NCBI GenBank assembly: GCA_041753155.1
Contig: JBGSVA010000021.1
Location: 1,012 to 65,011 of the forward strand
DNA length: 64,000 bases
Source: Thermodesulfobacteriota bacterium
GTDB lineage: Bacteria > Desulfobacterota_D > UBA1144 > Nemesobacterales > UBA2774
Reading direction: 5' to 3'
Shown here: positions 1 to 9,625 of the stretch, piece by piece
Layout of the letters: each line of letters starts with the position of its first letter
Numbering within the stretch: position 1 is the first letter of the stretch
The notes under the pieces: model-generated
What the model was told of the DNA's origin: nothing
What the model saw: only the letters and a program-made list of their open reading frames with translations
Databases searched by the model: none
Position numbers and translations under genes: made by a program

Positions 1-1336
1 CTCCATAATCGCGAGGGAAAAACCGGAAGGGGTGATTGTGCATCTCGGCGGCCAGACCCCCCTCAAGCTCGCTATACCGCTCGAGGAGAGGGGTGTGAAA
101 ATCATCGGCACATCGCCCGACAGCATCGACCTTGCGGAGGACAGAGAGAGGTTCAGGGACCTCGTCGAGGAGCTCGGGCTCAGGCAGCCCGAGAGCGGCA
201 TAGCGAGGAGCCAGGAGGAGGCTATCAGGATAGCGAACGATATAGGCTATCCCATCGTCGTCAGGCCATCCTACGTCCTGGGAGGCCGTGCAATGGAGAT
301 CGTCTACGCCGAGGATTCGCTCAGGCGATACATAAGAGAGGCGGTGAAGGTCTCCCCCAACCGGCCCGTGCTCATAGACAAGTTTTTGAAAGACGCCAAG
401 GAAGTCGACGTCGATGCCCTGTCCGACGGGAGGACCGTCGTCATCGGAGGAGTGCTCGAGCATATAGAAGAGGCCGGGGTTCACTCCGGGGACAGTGCCA
501 TGGTCCTTCCCCCTTTCTCGATCGAAGCCCGTGTGATAAAAGAGATAAAGCGTCAGACAAAAGAGCTCGCCCTTGCGTTAAAGGTCGTAGGACTCGTCAA
601 TATTCAATTCGCCGTAAAGGACAATATCGTTTACATACTCGAAGTAAACCCCCGTGCGAGCAGGACCGTCCCGTTCGTTAGTAAAGCCATAGGCGTCCCG
701 CTTGCCAAGCTCGGGACCAAGGTTATGATAGGGAAAACGCTCAGGCAGCTCGGATTTACCAAGGAGGTAGTCCCCGGGCACTACTGCGTCAAGGAGTCCG
801 TTTTCCCGTTTATCAAGTTTCAGGGCGTAGACACGATCCTCGGCCCCGAGATGAAGTCCACGGGAGAAGTGATGGGCATCGATAACGACCTCAGCATGGC
901 GTTCGCGAAGGCGCAGATTGCAGCGGGAAGCGACCTCCCCCTCGCCGGGACGGCATTCATAAGTGTCAAGGACGAGGATAAGCCCAAGCTCTCGGAGTTT
1001 GTAAAGGACCTCGAAGGTCTCGGGTTTAATATTATGGCTACGGCCGGTACAGCCGCCTATCTCCGGGGTATCGGCGTCGGATGCACCGTCGTGAAGAAGG
1101 TGATCGAAGGCCGCCCGCACGTAGTCGATCATATCAAGAACGGGGAGGTCCAGCTCGTCGTGAACACGACATTCGGGCAGAAAGAGGTGGAACAGTCCTA
1201 CTCTATCAGACGTACTGCACTCGTCCACAGGGTCCCCTACTTTACGACTATTTCTGCGGCCAGGGCCGCCGTAGGCGCAATCGAGGTGCTTATCAGGAAG
1301 GGTCTCGACGTTAAGGCTATTCAGGACTATTATTAA
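1..1336 (+). CDS. carB: carbamoyl-phosphate synthase large subunit, C-terminal portion (5' end outside window)
   Basis: The open frame continues from position 2 upstream of the first ATG, reading ...[24 protein letters not shown]..., typical of the CarB second ATP-grasp half. The C-terminal MGS-like domain is present. The carB-greA order is the usual synteny. Confidence 0.9.
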   Translation, partial: SIIAREKPEGVIVHLGGQTPLKLAIPLEERGVKIIGTSPDSIDLAEDRERFRDLVEELGLRQPESGIARSQEEAIRIANDIGYPIVVRPSYVLGGRAMEIVYAEDSLRRYIREAVKVSPNRPVLIDKFLKDAKEVDVDALSDGRTVVIGGVLEHIEEAGVHSGDSAMVLPPFSIEARVIKEIKRQTKELALALKVVGLVNIQFAVKDNIVYILEVNPRASRTVPFVSKAIGVPLAKLGTKVMIGKTLRQLGFTKEVVPGHYCVKESVFPFIKFQGVDTILGPEMKSTGEVMGIDNDLSMAFAKAQIAAGSDLPLAGTAFISVKDEDKPKLSEFVKDLEGLGFNIMATAGTAAYLRGIGVGCTVVKKVIEGRPHVVDHIKNGEVQLVVNTTFGQKEVEQSYSIRRTALVHRVPYFTTISAARAAVGAIEVLIRKGLDVKAIQDYY

Positions 1337-1440
1337 GTGTTGTATAATTGAATACCATGTTTATGTTATCCGAGAATGATTTAATCCGCTCGAGAAGATT
1401 TCCTTTCCCGCTTCCTTAACAGATCCAGGAGGATTTTAGT

Positions 1441-1917
1441 ATGACCGTAGAAAGAGTGCCGATGACTCCCAATGGATATAAAAAGATGCAGGAAGAGCTC
1501 CGCAGGCTGAAGACCGTAGAAAGACAGGAAGTGATAAAGCTGATCGAATTCGCGAGGTCCCTCGGGGACCTTTCGGAGAATGCCGAGTATGAGACGGCGA
1601 AACAAAGGCAATCCTTCGTGGAAGGGAGAATTCAGGAGCTGGAGAGTAAAGTCAGCAGGGCGGAAATTATCGACCCGGCCGAGCTCAGAAACAAGGACAG
1701 GGTAACGTTCGGGGTCAGGGTCAAGCTCGAGAACCTCGAGACCGGGGAGACCGTGACTTATCAGCTCGTGGGTCCTGACGAGTCCGAGCCCGATAACGGT
1801 CTCATATCGATAACATCGCCCATAGGCAGGGCGCTCATAGGAAAGCGGGTGGACGACGACGTTCAGGTCCATGCCCCGGGCGGCGTAAGGGAGTTCGTCG
1901 TTCTGGAGATAAGCTGA
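1441..1917 (+). CDS. greA: transcription elongation factor GreA
   Basis: 158 aa starting MTVERVPMTPNGYKKMQEELRRLK. It has the characteristic GreA coiled-coil N-terminus and an FKBP-like C-terminus. Confidence 0.9.
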   Translation: MTVERVPMTPNGYKKMQEELRRLKTVERQEVIKLIEFARSLGDLSENAEYETAKQRQSFVEGRIQELESKVSRAEIIDPAELRNKDRVTFGVRVKLENLETGETVTYQLVGPDESEPDNGLISITSPIGRALIGKRVDDDVQVHAPGGVREFVVLEIS

Positions 1918-1934
1918 GCCTGCTCCCGGGCGGT

Positions 1935-3014
1935 TCAGTCGACTACTACGCTTGATTCCACTTTACCCGTCTCCGGATCGTATATGTATTCTTCGCCCAG
2001 CGGATGAGCAGGGAAATCCCCTGTGGTCTCGAGCTCTATGAATTTTCTGAGCTCATCCAGGCTCCTCGGAAAATCTCCATATAGCTTTTTATATCTGGCG
2101 GACTTCGCGTTCAGGAATACAATCGCCTCCTGAATTCTCCGCTTCGAGAGATCGGAGCTTTTTACAGCTTCTATCTTGGGCGCGAGAATGAACTTGCCGC
2201 CCATAGGCGCTTCCGGAATTCCGTTTTTGACTACGCCCGACCGAGCCAAATCTTCAGGCGACGACGGCAGCCTTCCATAACGCTTTACGTACTCCTTTAA
2301 CGATTCCGTCAGCTTATCTTCGAGAGCCATCGTGTCTATCTCGTTTATATTCCTGAGCGCGAATTCCCTCCTCCCATCGCTCGGGCTCGTTTCGTAAATG
2401 ATTTCCCAGATCTTCCTCGAAAGCTCGTTGTTTCCTCCTCTCGCGTGAGCGGACGCAGCCATGCCCGCCATCGAGGCCTTTCTCAGCGGGGAGAGGCCCG
2501 GTTTTTCGGAGGCCTCCCTGAAGAGCTCTGCGGCTTTTTCGTAATCTTTCGGATAAAAATAGTAGATGAATGCCTCTTCGAGAGGCAGCTTGTAATTTTC
2601 GGGGTTGTTGCTCCTTCCCTTATCGAATAGCTCGATCCCCTTCATTGTTTCCCCGAGCCCGAATGGCGGGGGCTCAGCGAGGAACGTGCCCCCGTACCTG
2701 TATGCGTTCACGAACTTCGGGTCGAGGTCCGTGATGATATCGAAGTAGTGATAAAGCAGGTCGGGATTCTGCTCATTAGATTTCTTACTGCCGAAGTATT
2801 GGAGCGCCCTAAGCCAGTATATGTCCGCGAGGAGATCGTTGTAGCCTAGAGACAGCTTCTTAAGGGACGAAGACGATATGTAAAGGCTCTCTTCGACTGA
2901 CCGGAATCTGCCCCTTATCTCGTCGATCCTGATCTGAAACGGGATCGATACCGCAACGAGAGCGGCCAGCATGACAAGGGCGATCGTAGGTTTTATCGCG
3001 GTTCTGACTGACAT
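1935..3014 (-). CDS. membrane-anchored periplasmic protein downstream of an ABC-2 exporter (possible accessory component, PilG-like by position)
   Basis: One N-terminal transmembrane helix (IALVMLAALVAVSIPF) followed by a soluble repeat-like domain. The start lies 4 bp after the permease stop, so the two are translationally coupled. Confidence 0.35.
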   Translation of the reverse strand: MSVRTAIKPTIALVMLAALVAVSIPFQIRIDEIRGRFRSVEESLYISSSSLKKLSLGYNDLLADIYWLRALQYFGSKKSNEQNPDLLYHYFDIITDLDPKFVNAYRYGGTFLAEPPPFGLGETMKGIELFDKGRSNNPENYKLPLEEAFIYYFYPKDYEKAAELFREASEKPGLSPLRKASMAGMAASAHARGGNNELSRKIWEIIYETSPSDGRREFALRNINEIDTMALEDKLTESLKEYVKRYGRLPSSPEDLARSGVVKNGIPEAPMGGKFILAPKIEAVKSSDLSKRRIQEAIVFLNAKSARYKKLYGDFPRSLDELRKFIELETTGDFPAHPLGEEYIYDPETGKVESSVVVD

Positions 3015-3017
3015 CAG

Positions 3018-3821
3018 CTATTTAAACTCTTTCCTCTCGAAAATGATGGTCGCGAGTATGAGGAGTGCGAGTGTATATATGACCGCATATACCGTCGTAT
3101 ACAGAATCAGATCGGGGTTGACGATACCTCCGTATACGGCCTCGCTCCTCACGTCGAATTTCTCCAGATTGGGAATTATTCTGTATACCGCTTCTGAAAA
3201 GAGCGCGGTAAAGGGGCTTTTCACTTCCTCGGCGAATAGCCTGATATCGCTCGAGAAGCGGCCTATCGCGATGACGAAAAAGGTGAAGAGGGCGCTCATA
3301 ATGGGGGTCGTGAAGCTCGAGAATACGAGCGCAATGCCGATTACGACGAGGAATTCGAGGTATTCGAAATACACCGCGTTAAAAAACTCCGCGTAGTAAT
3401 GTCCCCCGTAATAAAAACTTATAAGCCCCTCGTATCTGATTTCTATTAACAGCACCAGAAGGAATAGAATAAGCGCCATGCCGAGCGTGATTACGAATAG
3501 AGTGATCCCCAGGCCCAGATATTTCCCGAATATGAATTCGTATCTCTTGATAGGCTTCGAGAAAATGTTGTAAACGGTTTTTCTCTCCACCTCTTTATAG
3601 ACGAGGCCTATACCGAGGAATACCGAGATCAGGATTCCGATTATGGATATGGCGGTGAGCCCCAGGTCCTTGACTATCTTGTTGTACTGCTCAGCCGATA
3701 TGCTGGCGAATACGAGAGAGCTCAGTATCATTATTATTGCGAATAGAATCAGGCTGTATAGGACCCTGTCCCTGATTGCTTCTATAAACGTATTGTGCGC
3801 GACACTCAGTATTCTTCTCAT
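3018..3821 (-). CDS. ABC-2 family transporter permease
   Basis: 267 aa with about 6 hydrophobic helices. It lies immediately downstream of the ABC ATPase. Confidence 0.7.
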   Translation of the reverse strand: MRRILSVAHNTFIEAIRDRVLYSLILFAIIMILSSLVFASISAEQYNKIVKDLGLTAISIIGILISVFLGIGLVYKEVERKTVYNIFSKPIKRYEFIFGKYLGLGITLFVITLGMALILFLLVLLIEIRYEGLISFYYGGHYYAEFFNAVYFEYLEFLVVIGIALVFSSFTTPIMSALFTFFVIAIGRFSSDIRLFAEEVKSPFTALFSEAVYRIIPNLEKFDVRSEAVYGGIVNPDLILYTTVYAVIYTLALLILATIIFERKEFK

Positions 3822-3854
3822 CTTATATTATTCGTGTGGCTGACACCGGAGCTT

Positions 3855-4799
3855 CTATTGTTCCTTTTGCGGGTTCCCCTTTTTGGCTTCCTCTACAAAA
3901 AGCCCTTCGAGGGATTTCCTGAGCGGGTGGATAGATACTATCTCGGCCGATGTGCGTGCGACGGCTTCGAGGACCCTCCGCTTGATGTCTTCGTCGAACT
4001 TGAGCACTATGTATCCGGCCCTCTGATCCATTTCCACCCTCAGGTCCTTTACTGACTGTTTGACTTCGTCACCGGGTCCTTCGAGATGCATTTCGTAGTC
4101 CGTGTGAATCTCTTTAAGCAGGTCACCGATCTTTCCGATTTTTATGACCGTGCCCCCCATGATTATCCCGACCCTGTCGCAGAGCGCTTCGACGTCAGAT
4201 AACATGTGGGAGCTGAGGAGTATCGTCTTTCCTTTCCGTTTCTCTTCTAGTATGAGGTCTTTTATCTCTCTCCTGCCTATCGGGTCGAGCCCGCTCATCG
4301 GCTCGTCGAGGATCATGAATTCCGGATCGTTCACGAGGGCCTGGGCGATGCCGATACGCTGGAGCATACCCTTCGAGTATTTTCTCATCTGCACCTTTTT
4401 CGCGTGCTCCATTCTGACTTTCCGTAGCAGCTCCTCTACTTTCTCGTGAAGGTATTTCCGCCTGAGGCCGTGGAGCTCGCCCATGTAGTAAAGGAGCTCC
4501 TCCCCGGTGAGATAATCGTAGAAGTAAGGGTTCTCCGGCAGGTAGCCGATCCTGCTTTTGGCCCCTGAGTCCGAGTGCTCTTTGCCGAGGAGCTCTATCT
4601 TCCCCTCGGTCGGGGTGACGAACCCGAGGATCGATTTGAAAGTCGTCGTCTTCCCCGCGCCGTTAGGCCCGACGAAGCCGAACACCTCGCCTTTATGGAC
4701 GTCGAATGTTACGTTCTTCAGGACGCGCGTCTTCTTGCCCGTGAATCCGGTTTTGTAGTCCTTTACGAGGTTCGTGATATTGAGTATTGCTTCTGACAT
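3855..4799 (-). CDS. ABC transporter ATP-binding protein
   Basis: Walker A motif GPNGAGKTT, signature LSGGMLQRIGIA, and Walker B ILDEP. Confidence 0.88.
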   Translation of the reverse strand: MSEAILNITNLVKDYKTGFTGKKTRVLKNVTFDVHKGEVFGFVGPNGAGKTTTFKSILGFVTPTEGKIELLGKEHSDSGAKSRIGYLPENPYFYDYLTGEELLYYMGELHGLRRKYLHEKVEELLRKVRMEHAKKVQMRKYSKGMLQRIGIAQALVNDPEFMILDEPMSGLDPIGRREIKDLILEEKRKGKTILLSSHMLSDVEALCDRVGIIMGGTVIKIGKIGDLLKEIHTDYEMHLEGPGDEVKQSVKDLRVEMDQRAGYIVLKFDEDIKRRVLEAVARTSAEIVSIHPLRKSLEGLFVEEAKKGNPQKEQ

Positions 4800-4878
4800 A
4801 ATCGGACATCTAAATATATGTTAATCAATGCCTGGAGGCAATACGTCGAATGGGGTGTTTGGGTAGTATCGATTAATT

Positions 4879-5478
4879 TTATCCGTCGCAGGCCGGGTCA
4901 TCGACGCCCGATTCAAACGTGCCGGATTGCCCGCTGCCTTGTGTGGAAACCGTACATTTTATGACTTTGTCTGTGAACGCGGAAAAATCTTTCCTGCCGT
5001 TTACCCTCGCGCTTGTCATAGAAGCTTCCCATCCGAAGTCTCCTTTGAGCGACTGAGCGTCGGTGCCGGCATCAGCGCTCCATGAGAGGCAGTACCCGGC
5101 TTTGGGATCGGCGCAATCGGCAGAGCTCGAAGGGCTCCCGTCGCTTGAAATCGCATCTTCGAATGTAGAATCTATTAGAGCGTCCTCTGGATCGCTTGTT
5201 CCTGATGGGTCCCTGAGTGTTCCCGCAGCGCCGAGCGCTCCGATTAAGTTTGTAAAGTCCCTGTCACCGTTATCGTCCAGGTCCTGTTCGAAATACTCGT
5301 ACTCGGCGTCTTTCAGGGTCTGCAGGGCCTTCCGCGCGTTAACCTCGTTTGACGAGATACGGGCTTTTAACAGGTTCGGTATAGCGATTGCGAGGAGAAT
5401 ACCTATAATCGCCGCAACTACAAGCAGCTCGATTAAGGTAAAGCCTTTTTCGAGCGTTCTTTTTTGCCGATTGATCAT
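4879..5478 (-). CDS. type IV pilin (prepilin with class III leader), paralog 1
   Basis: Leader ends ...KG, then FTLIELLVVAAIIGILLAIAIPN (prepilin peptidase site G|F, with Glu at +5). The variable C-terminal region is Cys-rich. Confidence 0.8.
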   Translation of the reverse strand: MINRQKRTLEKGFTLIELLVVAAIIGILLAIAIPNLLKARISSNEVNARKALQTLKDAEYEYFEQDLDDNGDRDFTNLIGALGAAGTLRDPSGTSDPEDALIDSTFEDAISSDGSPSSSADCADPKAGYCLSWSADAGTDAQSLKGDFGWEASMTSARVNGRKDFSAFTDKVIKCTVSTQGSGQSGTFESGVDDPACDG

Positions 5479-5506
5479 ATTCCTGCACTCTTCTTATTGA
5501 ATAAAT

Positions 5507-5523
5507 CGCAATATACATACCAA
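5507..5523 (-). promoter_or_regulatory. sigma-54 (-24/-12) promoter for pilin paralog 1
   Basis: Minus-strand sequence TGGTATG-TATA-TTGCG (GG-N10-GC) lies about 28 nt upstream of the ATG. Confidence 0.6.
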
Positions 5524-5642
5524 AACAAGATAAAAGCAGTTCTCAGGTGTACTGTTGCAACTTGCCGGTATTATTGCGATTAATGTTAATCGGAACGATT
5601 TAGATGAACTGGTTCTTTATGCCGATGATATTTCGCTCACCA

Positions 5643-5676
5643 AATGTGACAATATTTGTCGCCCAAATGCAATTTG
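5643..5676. promoter_or_regulatory. paired palindromes (GACAA-TAT-TTGTC and CAAAT-GCA-ATTTG) about 130 bp upstream of the pilin-1 sigma-54 promoter; candidate enhancer-binding-protein site
   Basis: The palindromes are seen directly in the sequence. The core AATGTGACAAT(A/T)TTTGTC recurs upstream of pilin 2. Confidence 0.5.
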
Positions 5677-5756
5677 TGTTCAGCGAATGGATCCATGTCG
5701 AGGAAGCGCTATATATGCTTATGATAAAATCGCGGAAAGGAATGTTAGTACTTCGG

Positions 5757-5800
5757 TAAAAAAAATGCGGCGGATTTGTTTACAAACCCGCCGCTTGTTA
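5757..5800 (-). terminator. intrinsic terminator downstream of pilin paralog 2
   Basis: Minus-strand GCGGCGGGTTTGTAAACAAATCCGCCGC hairpin followed by TTTTTTTT, about 45 nt after the stop codon. Confidence 0.7.
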
Positions 5801-5844
5801 ATTATCCTGAGAGTTACAAAACCTGATTTAAAGCTTAAAACAAA

Positions 5845-6426
5845 TTAGTCGCATCCGGCCGTTGTACGAATGGACTCGAAATTTCCCGGAGTTCCTGCTG
5901 TTCCGACTGAGCTGACCGTACATCTTATAGCACCGTCGCCGTAGACTGAGAAGTCCCTTCTGCCGGTCTTGTTGTAGCTGGTCATACTGGCCTGCCAGGC
6001 GATATCGTCGAGGTCGTCTCCTTCGGCGATTTCGGCGGAATCCCAGGTTAAACAGTAGCCGGCTTTGGGGTCGGTACAGCAGCTCCCGTCGGTCGAGCCG
6101 GCTGCACACACAGCACTATCAAAGCTACTGTCAACAAGCGCGTCCTCTTCTAAACCAGTGCCTTCCGGATCGCGAAGCATGGTCATATTGCTGGTGAAAT
6201 TCCTCTCGCCGTCGTCGTTGAGGTCCTGCTCGAAATACATGCCTTCCGCGTCCCTGAGCGTCTGCATGGACTTCCTGGCATTGGCTTCGTTCGCCGACAT
6301 TCTCGCCTTTATAAGGTTAGGTATAGCGATCGCGAGCAGTATGCCGATGATTGCCGCTACTACGAGAAGTTCGATAAGAGTGAAACCCTTCTCTCCCTTT
6401 TTTACCTTCTTTAATGTGCTTAACAT
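5845..6426 (-). CDS. type IV pilin (prepilin), paralog 2
   Basis: Leader MLSTLKKVKKGEKG|FTLIELLVVAAIIGILLAIAIPN. The first ~60 aa are near-identical to paralog 1 and the C-terminus has diverged. Confidence 0.8.
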   Translation of the reverse strand: MLSTLKKVKKGEKGFTLIELLVVAAIIGILLAIAIPNLIKARMSANEANARKSMQTLRDAEGMYFEQDLNDDGERNFTSNMTMLRDPEGTGLEEDALVDSSFDSAVCAAGSTDGSCCTDPKAGYCLTWDSAEIAEGDDLDDIAWQASMTSYNKTGRRDFSVYGDGAIRCTVSSVGTAGTPGNFESIRTTAGCD

Positions 6427-6468
6427 GAAAATAACCTCCTTTTCGGTAATTAGTCTTGATGATTAAGG

Positions 6469-6485
6469 ATGCAAAGGCCGTGCCA
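6469..6485 (-). promoter_or_regulatory. sigma-54 (-24/-12) promoter for pilin paralog 2
   Basis: Minus-strand TGGCACG-GCCT-TTGCAT lies about 45 nt upstream of the ATG. A Shine-Dalgarno AAGGAGG sits 8 nt before the ATG. Confidence 0.75.
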
Positions 6486-6606
6486 TGTGCAGCGGTTTCG
6501 CCATCTGGAAAGCGTAAGATGCCATGATCTAATGGGAAACCATCATTCGAGTATGTGGACAAGCCGAGGCAGGCTGCCCCGGCTGTACTCCCGGATTTCA
6601 GTAGAT

Positions 6607-6653
6607 GCGACACTTTTTGGTCGCGATCTCCGCAATGTGACAATTTTTGTCAG
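6607..6653. promoter_or_regulatory. tandem palindromes GCGAC-N8-GTCGC and TGACA-ATTTT-TGTCA about 120-170 bp upstream of the pilin-2 sigma-54 promoter; candidate enhancer-binding-protein site
   Basis: Seen directly in the sequence. It shares AATGTGACAAT.TTTGTC with the pilin-1 upstream site. Confidence 0.5.
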
Positions 6654-6761
6654 TGTATCTGTTTTGGTGACCGGGAGCGCGGTTCAAATGAATCAATATT
6701 TATCAATTAGAGGAAGTATGCTATTTTATACTACCTATTTCAGAAGGAGGCGGTTTGAGCC

Positions 6762-7292
6762 ATGCGTAGACATAAGCATTTAGTTTTCCCATTGATGATT
6801 TGCCTCACGGTATTCGCCCTGTTCGTTACAGGATGCACGAATATAAAAACTACTTCCTACTTTACGCCGACAAAGACAAAGCTCCGTGACTTTCAGGCTT
6901 TACAGGTCGAGACGTTCGAGACCGAGATCGAGTACTTCCCGAAAGACGCCCTTACGAAGCTCCCGGATAAAACGGCCGCCCTCATCGAAGCCGAGAACAA
7001 GTTCAAAGAGGTCAGATACGGTGTAATTGAAAATATTCCCGCTGAGGATACTATAGTATTGTTAGGCGAGGTAAGTGAATACAGGCCGAGCTCCGATGTT
7101 TCGTACGAGGGCGGGGCCCTTAAATTCGGCGAAGTATCGATTGCCATTAAGCTCGCGCTTGTGAATAAAGCGACGGGAGACGAAATCGCCACGGGAGAGG
7201 TGAACGGTTTCAGTTCCACCGGATTTATGGCGAAGGATATTTTCGAAAGTATGGCCGAGGAAATAGTCAAGTATATAAACGAGACCTATTGA
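6762..7292 (+). CDS. hypothetical lipoprotein
   Basis: Signal peptide with lipobox LFVTGC. No recognisable catalytic motifs. Confidence 0.5.
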   Translation: MRRHKHLVFPLMICLTVFALFVTGCTNIKTTSYFTPTKTKLRDFQALQVETFETEIEYFPKDALTKLPDKTAALIEAENKFKEVRYGVIENIPAEDTIVLLGEVSEYRPSSDVSYEGGALKFGEVSIAIKLALVNKATGDEIATGEVNGFSSTGFMAKDIFESMAEEIVKYINETY

Positions 7293-7325
7293 GCAGGCCG
7301 AAAAATTCTATTTAAAATTTTAAGT

Positions 7326-8348
7326 TTGGAGGATGATATGAGAAAGTTTATTTTTTGTCTTTTACTGCTGCCCGTAACCATTGGCGCATTTTATCTGGCC
7401 GGGTCCGCGGCATACGCCCAGGATGCCGGGGGCGCCGCGGGTCTTTACAAACAGGGCAGAGAAGAGTTTCTGAAGTTCACGCCCGGGGGATTTGACAAGG
7501 CGATTGAGCTCTATAATCAGGCTATAAAGGCCGACCCGAATTACGCTCAGGCATACGCGGGCCTGGCGGAAGTATATTCCTTCATGGGTTTTTACAGGTA
7601 TCAGGTAAGGGAGGAATACGAGAACTACTATACGCAGTCGTACACGAACATGACAAAGGCGCTGCAGATAAATCCGAACCTCGAAGAGGTGCAGCTTGCG
7701 CTCGCATATACTTATCTCCAGCTGAGCAGGGAGAAAGAGGCGAAGACGACCGCGCAGAAGATACTGGCTAAGAACCCGAACAACACAGAAGCCATTTACA
7801 TTCTTTGGTCGGCCAGCGGAGAGAACCCCGACTCCCCTGAAATAAGAAAAGTCCTCGAGCTCAATCCGAAGTTCGTGCCGGCATACGTAGGGCTCGCAAA
7901 CTCCTTGTTCTTTAAGAAAAGGGCTTACGGACAGGCGACCCAGTACTTCAGAAAAGCGGCGGAAATAGCCCCTTCGGCGCAGATACACAACCTGTTCGGC
8001 ACCGCTCTCAGGACTCAGGGCCACTACAACGAAGCGATCGACGAATACGAGAAGGCAATAAATGAGAACCAGAATTATGCGCCCGCGTACATGAATCTCG
8101 GCATTACGTATTATTACCTCAACAAATTCAACCAGAATATCGACAACCAGAAGAAAGCGATATCGCTTAACCCGAATTATCCCGATGCGTACTTTTTTAT
8201 AGCGCAGGGTTACGAGAAGGCTAACAACCCTCAACAGGCGGTCGTTTACTACAAGAAATTCCTCGAAGTGTCGCTCGAGCAGGAGATGTACGCCGGTTAT
8301 GCCGCGCAGGCCAAGGAGAGGATTTCGGCGCTCGGCGGCGGCAAGTAA
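7326..8348 (+). CDS. secreted TPR-repeat protein
   Basis: N-terminal signal peptide. There are multiple 34-residue repeats with the (A/Y)xxxAxxY-N-L-G pattern (e.g. ADPNYAQAYAGLAEVY, NPNYPDAYFFIAQGY). Confidence 0.75.
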   Translation: MEDDMRKFIFCLLLLPVTIGAFYLAGSAAYAQDAGGAAGLYKQGREEFLKFTPGGFDKAIELYNQAIKADPNYAQAYAGLAEVYSFMGFYRYQVREEYENYYTQSYTNMTKALQINPNLEEVQLALAYTYLQLSREKEAKTTAQKILAKNPNNTEAIYILWSASGENPDSPEIRKVLELNPKFVPAYVGLANSLFFKKRAYGQATQYFRKAAEIAPSAQIHNLFGTALRTQGHYNEAIDEYEKAINENQNYAPAYMNLGITYYYLNKFNQNIDNQKKAISLNPNYPDAYFFIAQGYEKANNPQQAVVYYKKFLEVSLEQEMYAGYAAQAKERISALGGGK

Positions 8349-8460
8349 GGGATACAAGCAGGCTCGCTCGGCTTATACAGGGAACAAATAGAGCCGGTCT
8401 GTTCCGGTGATTATACAGGCTCGGCCGGGGCCGGAATAAATACGGGGCGGGTTCGGTAAT

Positions 8461-8817
8461 ATGCCGCAGTATACGGACGGACATGAGTTAATAGCATTGA
8501 CCCTCGGCATGGAATCGAGTGCGAGCCTGTGGAACGTTATATTCGAGGGTTTCGATCAGGAGGTCGTGCTGGTCTCGAAGTTCTCCGGTAGGGACGACCG
8601 TGTCGTGAGCACCCTCTACGAGTTCGGGGATATAATCGGAAGGAATTATAAAGACTGCAAAGTAAGAACGACACTCACTGGCATAGAGATAAAAAAACCG
8701 TTCCCGAGGAACGACGTTTCGCTCGTGAACGAATGGACCGGTCTCATGGAAAGCATACGGGAGGAAATGACCAAATTTATACCCGATGCATTGAGGCCCG
8801 GCCAGGGCGTTAGATAA
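8461..8817 (+). CDS. hypothetical protein
   Basis: 118-aa ORF with plausible coding composition and no recognisable motifs. Confidence 0.3.
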   Translation: MPQYTDGHELIALTLGMESSASLWNVIFEGFDQEVVLVSKFSGRDDRVVSTLYEFGDIIGRNYKDCKVRTTLTGIEIKKPFPRNDVSLVNEWTGLMESIREEMTKFIPDALRPGQGVR

Positions 8818-8824
8818 CCGGTCG

Positions 8825-9625
8825 TTAGATAACGGTCACGTCTCCCGTTATTATTTTGACCATGCTCTCGTCCTCTTTTCTAATCAGCAGGTGCCCCTCG
8901 CCGTCTATCCCGGTTGCGGTACCTTCGATTACCTTTCCGTCTTCCGTGCTGACCCTGACGCGCTTATTAAATCCGCCCCACCTTTCTGTCCATTCCTTGA
9001 TTATAGAGGACTTTCCCCGCCTGTTGAACGTTTGATACCACGATTCGAGCTCGTAGAGGAGGTCTCCCGCGAATTTAGCCCTGTCGACGTCTCCGCCGAG
9101 ATTCTCTCTGATGGACGTTGCGGATTTCGCGGTCTCTCCCAGCTCGCGCCTCATTTGTTCTCTGGTCATGTTTATATTAACCCCGATCCCGACAATGATA
9201 TAATCGACCCTGTCGCCCCTGGGCTCCATTTCGGTGAGCACGCCCGCAGCCTTTTTGCCCTCGATCAGCACGTCGTTCGGCCATTTTATGGACGTGTTCC
9301 GCACGCCTGTTTTTTTAATCGTTTCCGTGATCGCAATAGAGGCGAGGAGTGTGAGGAGCGGCGATTCCCATGCCGGTATGGAGGGCCTGAACAGTACCGA
9401 CATGTAGAGGTTCATACCGGGCGGCGAGACCTATTTCCGTCCGAGCCTTCCCTTCCCGCTAGTCTGCTTGTCCGCGATGACCGTAGTCCCTTCGGAGGCG
9501 CCGCTCTGGGCGAGCCTCGATAAAACGGTGTTCGTGGACCCGGTCTCATCGAAGTAGTGGATGACTTTGCCGAACGTCTCGGTTTTGAGGAGACCGTTTA
9601 ATTTTCGTATCATCGGCGATGTCAT
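8825..9625 (-). pseudogene. birA: biotin--[acetyl-CoA-carboxylase] ligase (group I, no HTH) interrupted by one in-frame TAG
   Basis: The N-terminal fragment (9431..9625) ends ...QTSGKGRLGRK-TAG. The same frame continues VSPPGMNLYMSVLFRP... through 8825. The TAG (9431-9433) sits where the BirA GRxGRxW motif has an invariant Trp (TGG). Confidence 0.7.

Noticed and set aside
7362-8357. 331-aa ORF antisense to the TPR gene
   Set aside because: It lies entirely inside a well-supported plus-strand gene. Its composition is Arg/Leu/Val-rich, typical of GC-rich antisense frames. No motifs.
9431-9433. Possibility that TAG is a sense codon genome-wide (alternative genetic code)
   Set aside because: Every other conserved gene in the 64 kb (about 50) reads through intact with standard stops, and several genes terminate in TAG at the expected positions. 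Only birA is interrupted.
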